DNA of 24,925 nucleotides from a virus (lineage: Duplodnaviria > Caudoviricetes): the IMG/VR virus record IMGVR_UViG_3300027813_000082, positions 1 through 24,925 of that record; one strand, given 5' to 3'. Positions 18,401-24,191 of the stretch are shown in pieces (position 1 is the stretch's first letter; each line of letters starts with the position of its first letter). Below the pieces are notes generated by a model. That model worked only from the letters and a program-made list of their open reading frames with translations, ran no database searches and was not told the origin of the DNA. The position numbers were made by a program, and so were the translations under genes.

Positions 18401-19113
18401 GTATCTCCGTTGGATATTGATGTCGAACTTGATACAAATGCAACACTTTTAACATAGGTGTTAAGACGTATGTTCTCCATTGTTTCGTTCAAGGCATCTA
18501 TCGCTTCTGTAACTTTTGTTGATGCAGTTAATGAAGTAACTGATCCATCTCCAAAAGATGAGTCACTTGGTGTTGATAATTCTTGGGTCATACCATTAAT
18601 AGGAGTACCAGGAGCTGACAGTGCCGCAACTGAGTTGTCTACATATAATTTTGTTGATGCATCTGAGTTTGCCGCTGGTTCGCCTACTTCTACTTTTGAT
18701 AGTGTAACAGAACCAAAATCTGTTGTGGTTGATCCGTCTTGTGTTGTTGTTCCAAATTTGAATTTTGTTGTGTCTTCATCCCACAGCATCATGGCATTAT
18801 TTCCTGCCGCACCTCTGTTGATCATTACACCAGAATCATTACCCACTGATCCTGAACTGTTTAAGACAATCATGTTGTCTTCTATGGATAAATTTTGTGA
18901 GTCTACTGTGGTTGTAGTACCAGTAACTGTAAGGTCACCAGCAATTCTTGTATTACCAACAACATCTAATTTAAAGTTTCCTGGTGTATCTGTACCTATA
19001 CCGATTCTACCGTTCTGTGCATCTACTACTAATACATTGGTATTGAATGCCAGATCCGTTGTACGAATCAGGTTAGATTCTAATAATTCACCTGCTATCT
19101 TTGTTATCGCCAT
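15448..19113 (-). CDS. Large fibre/adhesin-like virion protein with PKD-like Ig domains (1221 aa)
   Basis: MAITKIAG...DLAFNTN...RIGIGT N-terminus; YDITWGDG...THQY and FDVDWGDG...HTY PKD signatures; very Thr/Ser-rich. Confidence 0.8.
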   Translation of the reverse strand: MAITKIAGELLESNLIRTTDLAFNTNVLVVDAQNGRIGIGTDTPGNFKLDVVGNTRIAGDLTVTGTTTTVDSQNLSIEDNMIVLNSSGSVGNDSGVMINRGAAGNNAMMLWDEDTTKFKFGTTTQDGSTTTDFGSVTLSKVEVGEPAANSDASTKLYVDNSVAALSAPGTPINGMTQELSTPSDSSFGDGSVTSLTASTKVTEAIDALNETMENIRLNTYVKSVAFVSSSTSISNGDTITLTITPTGNATRYDITWGDGGSVQTINDSGSSTTTQTHQYNTTGQISITVRAYNHSAVVTGSSGSEASLTRTNYLAIATEAPVVQFEMYAASSGGSPITIANTGATVYLKNVTTNTANTNTFDVDWGDGTENTIASNSAAGGQAGARLAHTYTNAGGDDGSTVAGSGAGDTKYAIKLRLLTHPTAEASTFPQTRTNNFEVYSTHTTAYAANSVRGINEESTSGFPVTFTNNTATLPGADSAFSATQQYTYNFDEGSTVTVAVGSGSAGDTGNTINNTFNLSSSQQNAGTTVTYNTTLTLATGHSGADSSAAINIIVEPDVRANIAATADKVSTGGGNNQYTLYDHTDLTGANRASATFTNTSKNADNYDYDFFSDSSALVTVAENGSNAGSIGATLTRNFTGTSAGNFTTRFRGYGTPDTIFQDDEETINWTMKAVPSAPANLSTKSLTMNDSAQGTSPKLCHGFTDNTSSATTLNPGTALTTTVARRYSSTSTIDTNTVSNAYNGAAGTLTAKLNATSGQSSSVTFSASAGENGTFNQNNTQLVVTNQRDYDEVDSAYPQDFYQVFTAKITKTLANYSTGLTAQRLEHSATGNTNFVHVLKDDITAVPTTAIGTVAEGTAGTKQYVSGIPYYDAGSPTVTVTGTTIANFTGQAYQETTSPHKVDNDTNQESTSGDVITNSNFTYANVDGSTTMLSSSIPKSDIGVGSAYTIGAVTVPITGSSVKSVKTIKAMSKNANGDGSYNSSSTKIQVYTASVSGLDNEAGGITVSDSLGNGSTHIDDALRITGFGSSSDTPSFNSSTNYYTGNAWSGAVTVAGTTEAISRFGTIKHFTTNLSSGYLPAGPNLTSGRDGGQAQYYTFAFRRTPVSQFSITMSGKVSGMFIAMPGTGVDSSSGSNGWLDCSTQYNGSGQPGSGGGGNGSDGCAKTGGDRVVDNTTYSGKTFTFTLGTESLANSVGNTCLVRIKLNSGDSVTALSVGVAG

Positions 19114-19134
19114 AATACTACTCTACTACGTTCA

Positions 19135-19176
19135 TATTTACCAATAATGCCTGCGGGTATTTTCTAATACTAAATA
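19135..19176. promoter_or_regulatory. Divergent late promoter pair
   Basis: TAAATA on minus (19140-19135) and plus (19171-19176, 8 nt before ATG 19185). Confidence 0.7.
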
Positions 19177-19184
19177 TTCGTTAT

Positions 19185-20051
19185 ATGAGCTTATTACCCA
19201 TTAATAAACCTGAGAAAGTATCCGCATCTAAGATATCAGTACACCAAATAGATCTTCACAAAAACGCTTTAAGTGGTGACTTAATTGACGGCGGAACCAT
19301 AACAAATTTTAATTCAACAGGTATAATAGACACATCGGATTCGGTTAATTTAACAATAAAAAATGATACCGTAGAAGTTGCTAAAGATTTACATGTTAAA
19401 GGTACTATTAAGGTCGAGAATTTAGAATATGTGTCAGCACAGGTTCCAAAACTTAATGTACAAAAAGCTATAATGGTTGATCATAATGAAGTTATTTGGA
19501 AAGACAGACTAGGTAAAAGTGTTAAGAACAGTAATATAGAACAGTTGGGTGTACTAAAAAATCTACAAGTTAGGAATACTTTATATGTTGCAGATGGCAG
19601 AGTCGGAGTAAACACAACGGCACCGAGTGCAGACTTTTCAGTTAACTCTGGTGGTTATGAAATTATAACAAGAATGCATGAGTCAAATGCTTATGTTGGT
19701 ACACACACTCACGTTGCGTTTGCTATTGGAACAGATGACACAGCAAGACTTACCTGTAAAGCAAACGGTGATGTAGTTGTTGGATCTGAAACTGGCAAGC
19801 CTGTTAATTTGAATGTATATGGCAATGTTGGGATAGGAGTTAAGTATCCTCAAGAAACGTTGCACGTAGACGGAAATATTAAATTTGCTGAAAGAACTTT
19901 TGCCTCCGGAGAACAAGCACCCAAAGAAGGAAGATGGGACACTGGCTCTGTGATATGGAATGAAAAGCCTGCACTGAATCAACCTGTGGGTTGGGTTTGT
20001 ACAAATGGCGGCAAGCCTGGAAGTTGGCGAACATTTGGAATGATCTATTAG
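19185..20051 (+). CDS. Fibre-like structural protein (288 aa)
   Basis: GRVGVNTTAP and GNVGIGVKYPQETLHVDGNI beta-repeat motifs; C-terminal AP..G.W..GSVIWN..P....VGWVC..GG.PG.W..FG module of tailspike type. Confidence 0.7.
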   Translation: MSLLPINKPEKVSASKISVHQIDLHKNALSGDLIDGGTITNFNSTGIIDTSDSVNLTIKNDTVEVAKDLHVKGTIKVENLEYVSAQVPKLNVQKAIMVDHNEVIWKDRLGKSVKNSNIEQLGVLKNLQVRNTLYVADGRVGVNTTAPSADFSVNSGGYEIITRMHESNAYVGTHTHVAFAIGTDDTARLTCKANGDVVVGSETGKPVNLNVYGNVGIGVKYPQETLHVDGNIKFAERTFASGEQAPKEGRWDTGSVIWNEKPALNQPVGWVCTNGGKPGSWRTFGMIY

Positions 20052-20254
20052 CCTAGTTCAACACAACAACTAAATCTTACTTGGAAGAAATAATGATATA
20101 GTAATAGTCCTATGACTATGCCTTCTAGAAATGCGATGTAGGCAGATATGATTGGATACTTTCTAATGAAAGAAAGTTTGAAGTCCCAAAGTTTTTTAAA
20201 AGTTTTACTCGCCCAGTTTGTGCAAGTTGTGAATAATCGTAACAATGTGTCCAT
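20048..20254 (-). CDS. Small putative membrane protein (about 68 aa; start uncertain)
   Basis: Basic amphipathic segment followed by hydrophobic YPIISAYIAFLEGIVIGLLLYHYFF; fills an otherwise empty 150-nt gap. Confidence 0.55.
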   Translation of the reverse strand: MDTLLRLFTTCTNWASKTFKKLWDFKLSFIRKYPIISAYIAFLEGIVIGLLLYHYFFQVRFSCCVELG

Positions 20255-20669
20255 TACTAGTTCCGTCATTAGCAGGAATTGGAGAACCAAAAGTTATTTG
20301 CCCACCGGAGTATGTGTAGTTAGTAGTAGGTATTTGATATATACCTCCAACAAATATAACCATGTCAGTTGCGTCAGTTGGAACAACACTTAACGTTGCC
20401 ATTGTTGACCCATCTAGTGTATTACCTTCACCTGCACCAAACACAGTTGTTGATCCATCACCTTGGAATTTGTCAACAGTTAAAGATTTTTCTCTTGATG
20501 CTTCTGATACGTTGTACCATGCTGAACCGTTGTAAACTTGATAGGTTGAAGTTGTTGTGTTAAAAATTATTTTACCGTTAGCACCTGTGGGTCTGTTAGC
20601 TGTTGATACACCGGGAATTTCTACTGAACTACCTTGTGTTAGCACTGGGTTTTTTATAAATCTACCCAT
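20205..20669 (-). CDS. Small virion structural protein (154 aa)
   Basis: IPGVSTANRPT..GKIIFNT module plus FQGDGSTTVF...VGGIYQIP..NY domain shared with neighbouring genes. Confidence 0.75.
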   Translation of the reverse strand: MGRFIKNPVLTQGSSVEIPGVSTANRPTGANGKIIFNTTTSTYQVYNGSAWYNVSEASREKSLTVDKFQGDGSTTVFGAGEGNTLDGSTMATLSVVPTDATDMVIFVGGIYQIPTTNYTYSGGQITFGSPIPANDGTSNGHIVTIIHNLHKLGE

Positions 20670-20673
20670 GGGA

Positions 20674-21003
20674 TTATAATCCTATAGTTGATACAGTTGC
20701 TACTACTGAAGATGATGAGTCAGGAGTTTCAATAAACAATTTGTCTCCTGATGACATGATCATTTTTTCTGTGTCAATAACGTAAGTGTCAGTGCCTAGA
20801 ATAGTTAGTGTGTTGTAAATTTTGTTGTTCTCTGTTGGTCCTGCTGTTGAACCATCGTTTGGTAGCAAGTAAATATTTACTGTTGCATCATTGCTTGTGA
20901 TGTTGCATAAGTGTATTGATGTTACAGCAGTGTCAGCCGCCGCTTTGAACACAAATTCTTGTGCTTGTATGTCTGAATCTATTACTTTTTGTGTTATCGC
21001 CAT
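20674..21003 (-). CDS. Small beta-rich protein; probable partner of the upstream fibre
   Basis: TAVTSIHLCN...V.IYL...GDKLFI pattern; directly follows a fibre ending in ALAIALG. Confidence 0.7.
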   Translation of the reverse strand: MAITQKVIDSDIQAQEFVFKAAADTAVTSIHLCNITSNDATVNIYLLPNDGSTAGPTENNKIYNTLTILGTDTYVIDTEKMIMSSGDKLFIETPDSSSSVVATVSTIGL

Positions 21004-21006
21004 GTT

Positions 21007-21849
21007 TTATCCTAGTGCAATCGCTAATGCGGTAGCCTTCTTTTTACTTATCAGTTCTCCAACGGCTCCTGAACCTATTGCAGTATTTCTAAAGTACAAT
21101 CCTGTTCCTCCACCGCCTGCAGTTTTGTTATATAATACTGTTTGTGCTGTTGCTGTCGGATCTGTTGCCATCGCTGAAAATGTAAGTGTATCGTCAATAA
21201 CCACGTTACCAGTTCCGCTGGCTTTCAATACAAGATCATCATTGGATCTCGTAGTTGTAATTGTGTGATCGTCTATTTTGATAGCATCATTGGCTATTGA
21301 AGTTGTTGCTGTAATATTTCCAGTAACTGCTAATACTGTTCCATCGAATGTTAAATTTGCTTCACCAGTGATAGCATTCGCACCTGTCACAGTGGTAACT
21401 TGATTGTTTGTTGAACCTGTTAATACTGCTCCACCTACCGAGTCCACATAGTTTTTTGTTGCCGCGTCTGATGATGCCGCCGGCTCTGCCACTTGTATTT
21501 TTGCAAGTGCTGTGTCTGTTATCGCTGTACCTGTACCATCTGATGTTGTTGTAACTGCTTTGAATGTGTCATCACCTTCATTCCAATACAGTGCCGCATT
21601 GTTTGCCACACCTCTGTTTACTAAAATTCCTGAGTCAACATCACTTGGTGCTGAATTATTTCTGCTTAAAATTATAATCGGATCTTCGATTGTTAATGAT
21701 GCTGTGTCAATAACTGTGTTGGAACCATCAACTATTAAATCACCTTTTACTCTTGTTGTTTTTGAATCAAAGATTACTGAATTCGAGCCACCTGCACCTG
21801 TGCCCGTTTTAATTGTATAATCACCTGATGTACGTAAATGCTTTGCCAT
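21007..21849 (-). CDS. Short fibre protein (280 aa)
   Basis: TIEDPII..DSGILVNRG..WNE module, PAASSDAATKNYVD motif and C-terminal SKKKATALAIALG. TAAATA (21862-21857) is 7 nt upstream. Confidence 0.75.
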   Translation of the reverse strand: MAKHLRTSGDYTIKTGTGAGGSNSVIFDSKTTRVKGDLIVDGSNTVIDTASLTIEDPIIILSRNNSAPSDVDSGILVNRGVANNAALYWNEGDDTFKAVTTTSDGTGTAITDTALAKIQVAEPAASSDAATKNYVDSVGGAVLTGSTNNQVTTVTGANAITGEANLTFDGTVLAVTGNITATTSIANDAIKIDDHTITTTRSNDDLVLKASGTGNVVIDDTLTFSAMATDPTATAQTVLYNKTAGGGGTGLYFRNTAIGSGAVGELISKKKATALAIALG

Positions 21850-21867
21850 TTGCTATTATTTATGTTG

Positions 21868-21895
21868 AAAAGGGGAAGCGTGTAAACTCCCCCTT
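21868..21895 (-). terminator. Intrinsic terminator
   Basis: AAGGGGGAG...CTTCCCCTT stem with TTTT, after the stop at 21914. Confidence 0.75.
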
Positions 21896-21913
21896 AAAGC
21901 ACGTATAGTTCTA

Positions 21914-22336
21914 TTATCTAACGTCTATTGAACCAAGTCCTGCTACTTTACCTTCGTCAGTTCCTTCAGCACCTAGTGTAAATTTCACTGATCCTGTGGC
22001 ACCTGCCGCTGTAACATAGTGTACTGTGTTGTTAAAGAATTTCGCAACATATCCTACTGTTGAGTCATCTAAAATAACTTGCACACAAAATTGATTTGAT
22101 GTGTTAGCTAGTGAGCCCGGAGCAACTGCTTTTAATTCATAAACTGCTTCTGTTGAATCTTCTAAGTGAATCTTGAATAAACTTGATCCTCTTTGTGATA
22201 CAACATAAGCAACTGTTGAATCAACTTTAGCACCACCTAATGGTCTATAAGCCGTTACTGCTATGTTACCTGATAGGTTACCGCCAAATGCATTCGCATC
22301 GCCAGACATTTTACTTTTTTTTAAGGGTCTTCCCAT
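21914..22336 (-). CDS. Hypothetical late protein (140 aa, MGRPLKK...), possibly capsid-associated
   Basis: Strong SD AAGGAGG 7 nt before ATG 22336; monocistronic unit near the MCP. The upstream extension in the ORF track crosses a terminator and a promoter. Confidence 0.75.
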   Translation of the reverse strand: MGRPLKKSKMSGDANAFGGNLSGNIAVTAYRPLGGAKVDSTVAYVVSQRGSSLFKIHLEDSTEAVYELKAVAPGSLANTSNQFCVQVILDDSTVGYVAKFFNNTVHYVTAAGATGSVKFTLGAEGTDEGKVAGLGSIDVR

Positions 22337-22446
22337 TTTGTTTCCTCCTTTAAAGGAGTCCAATCCTAGTTCTCCTAGGTACGCAGTTGTTATCTGCATA
22401 AGTCTTTTACGAGATGTAAAAGCACGTGTTGAACTATGTGTATTTA
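22337..22446 (-). ncRNA. Candidate cis-regulatory structured 5' leader RNA (four-way junction) after TAAATA (22446-22441)
   Basis: P1 AGUUCAA/UUGGACU closes three hairpins (CUUUUAC/GUAAAAG, UAUGCAG/CUGCGUA, CCUAG/CUAGG), followed by a CUCCU/AGGAG hairpin over the SD. Confidence 0.6.
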
Positions 22447-22475
22447 TTATTTTATATTTTGTTTTATATGTGTAT

Positions 22476-22532
22476 AAAAAGAAAAAGAGTGATGTGCCAC
22501 AATCCAAAAAAAGTCAGACACACCACTCTTTC
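22476..22532 (-). terminator. Long-stem, large-loop terminator-like hairpin
   Basis: AAAGAGTGGTGTGTC/GGCACATCACTCTTT (15 bp, 2 G-U), 18-nt loop, then TTCTTTTT. Confidence 0.65.
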
Positions 22533-22557
22533 GAGGTTACGTTATGTAAGTTCTATA

Positions 22558-22791
22558 TTATTTTCTATTGTAGATATGATATAAAATCCATACTGCTACC
22601 AACCCTATCAGACCTTGATCTGAAAAGCCTTGCAATATGCCTTGTATGTTTCCTATTACAGAAACGTTTGGCCAGAACGGAACGTTCTGCCCTTTGAAAA
22701 GGATTTCTAAAACGATTCCTAACGCTATAAGTGAAACACCTACGTCAGCAAGAGCTTTTGCCCATCCTTTTATTTTCATTGCGATATCCAT
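22558..22791 (-). CDS. Small membrane protein (77 aa, two hydrophobic segments)
   Basis: SD GGGAGG; hydrophobic VGVSLIALGIVLEILF and GLIGLVAVWILYHIY; own promoter and terminator. Confidence 0.8.
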   Translation of the reverse strand: MDIAMKIKGWAKALADVGVSLIALGIVLEILFKGQNVPFWPNVSVIGNIQGILQGFSDQGLIGLVAVWILYHIYNRK

Positions 22792-22813
22792 TGTTGGACC
22801 TCCCTTTGATTAA

Positions 22814-22842
22814 AAGTTTCTTTCGAAACTTGCAATTATTTA
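22814..22842 (-). promoter_or_regulatory. Late promoter core TAAATA (22842-22837) and 5' GNRA hairpin
   Basis: TAAATA followed 5 nt later by AAGTTTC-GAAA-GAAACTT. Confidence 0.6.
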
Positions 22843-22941
22843 GAAGTCTAAAACACAAGTAAAACTACCACATTTGGTCTAAGGTCACTATGAACGCCAA
22901 AATAATTTTTAATAAGAGTGGTTAATAGAAAGTTCAGTCAC

Positions 22942-22968
22942 AAAAAAGGGCGACATAAAGCCGCCCTT
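22942..22968 (-). terminator. Intrinsic terminator of the MCP gene
   Basis: AAGGGCGGC-TTTAT-GTCGCCCTT plus T tract. Confidence 0.88.
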
Positions 22969-22992
22969 GATTGAAAATAAAATAAGCTGGGC

Positions 22993-24165
22993 TTATTTGA
23001 ATTTTAAGTTTGCACTTGTGATCGCAACTTTTCCAACGTAATCTGCCGCGTTACCAAGAGATGATGCAGTGTTTGTTAACTCTACATAACCGTATCTTGT
23101 TAAGAAGCCTACTACTGGTTCGAAAGTAGCTGGATCTAGTACAACACCTGAAGACATTAAAGGAATGTAAGGACAATAAAACGCTGGTGCGTCTGCCTCA
23201 CTTGCTCCTTTGTAACCTACAAGTACATCTGTACTGTCTGCCGCATATGCGTCAACGTATACTCTCATAGCACCGTTAAGTGTACCTACAAATTTAGTAT
23301 TTGTTGGTGACTCAAATGTACCTTCTGTTGATCTAGCAAATGCTGAAGTAGTTGCTGACTGAAGAATAGTTAAAGCTGTTGGTGATACTACTGCGTAGTT
23401 ACCAGCGCCTCTTCTTGTTCTTGTAGCTATTTGGTTAGCAACTCTGTTAACTAGAACAGCCAAAGCGGCATGTTCATCGCCAACGAAAGTAGCTGTACCA
23501 GATACAGCCGCTTGGTCAAAAGTCTCAGTAGCCGTTCCAGCTAATGTTCTTAATGAACCAATTACTTCTTGGTCGATTTCTGCAGTAATTTCTTGAGCTA
23601 ATGCCGCCATAATTTCTGCTTCTACATCGATTCCTTGTTGTGCTTGAGCATCTTGAGCCGCTTCAAACGTCCATCTAGCTGATAATTTTCTAGACTTGGC
23701 TTCAACCGGTTGTTTTAAGATCTGGATTGATAATCTTTTTCCAGGTTCACCTTCTAAAGAAGCTGTTGAAGCCGCTTTTGGAGCTGAGTTGTTCTGGTTT
23801 CCAGAGTATGCTTTCGCAATTTTGAATGGAGATAGTGCTTCTTCACCTGCTGTCGTGTTTGACGCAACTGAGTCTGCATATCTTATTCTAAGTGTGTGAA
23901 TTTGTCCTACTGGACCAGTCATAGGCTGTACACCAACGATTTCGTTAGCGATAACAGTCGGCATAACCCGTCTAATTACTGGTAGGATAACTCTGTTTAA
24001 CGTAGCAACGTTACCGGCACTTGTAGCACCAGCTGTAGATTGTTCTGAAAGGTATCTCTTAGTATTTTCTAAGATAACATCCATAGTCTTCTTTTTGTTA
24101 CCAGCTAAACCTTCTGTAAGAGCGGCTTTAGTTTCGCCCCATTTTGATTCAAATATATCTGACAT
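22993..24165 (-). CDS. Major capsid protein (T4 gp23-like), 390 aa
   Basis: VIRRVMP..IANEIVGVQPMTGPVGQI, VEAKSRKLSARWTFEAAQD, EITAEIDQE, TRRGAGN, FYCPYIPL and TRYG hallmarks. Confidence 0.97.
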   Translation of the reverse strand: MSDIFESKWGETKAALTEGLAGNKKKTMDVILENTKRYLSEQSTAGATSAGNVATLNRVILPVIRRVMPTVIANEIVGVQPMTGPVGQIHTLRIRYADSVASNTTAGEEALSPFKIAKAYSGNQNNSAPKAASTASLEGEPGKRLSIQILKQPVEAKSRKLSARWTFEAAQDAQAQQGIDVEAEIMAALAQEITAEIDQEVIGSLRTLAGTATETFDQAAVSGTATFVGDEHAALAVLVNRVANQIATRTRRGAGNYAVVSPTALTILQSATTSAFARSTEGTFESPTNTKFVGTLNGAMRVYVDAYAADSTDVLVGYKGASEADAPAFYCPYIPLMSSGVVLDPATFEPVVGFLTRYGYVELTNTASSLGNAADYVGKVAITSANLKFK

Positions 24166-24191
24166 TTGTAATCTTCCTTTTGTTTAGTTGT

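Noticed and set aside
6473-21820. Many long plus-strand ORFs opposite the fibre genes (e.g. 10341-10979, 12588-13193, 18458-19147)
   Set aside because: Antisense shadows: Thr/Ala/Gly/Ser-rich codons give few stops on the reverse strand. The products are Val/Pro-rich with no motifs or expression signals.
6037-21849. Diversity-generating retroelement or invertible fibre cassette
   Set aside because: Repeats are at the protein level with synonymous divergence. I saw no near-identical TR/VR pair, reverse transcriptase, recombinase or long inverted repeats in the window.
22357-22435. Cloverleaf as a true tRNA gene
   Set aside because: No TTCRA T-loop, no D-loop GG, no CCA, and the arm lengths are wrong. 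It runs directly into an SD.
9873-22446. Structured leaders as known self-cleaving ribozymes or known riboswitches
   Set aside because: No hammerhead CUGANGA/GAAA core, and no twister, pistol or aptamer consensus that I could recognise by eye. An Rfam search is still needed.
22337-22507. N-terminal extension of the 197-aa ORF in the track
   Set aside because: It crosses a terminator, an AT tract and the promoter; the strong SD points to ATG 22336.
985-22875. Recurrent CCACA/TGTGG near several promoters (about 989, 2150, 9966, 13525, 22868)
   Set aside because: Too short, with variable orientation and spacing, and not a DnaA-box match. It cannot be separated from chance without statistics.
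9970-22968. Shared AAGGGCGGCTTT at two sites as a mobile repeat
   Set aside because: Both are 5' arms of ordinary intrinsic terminators.
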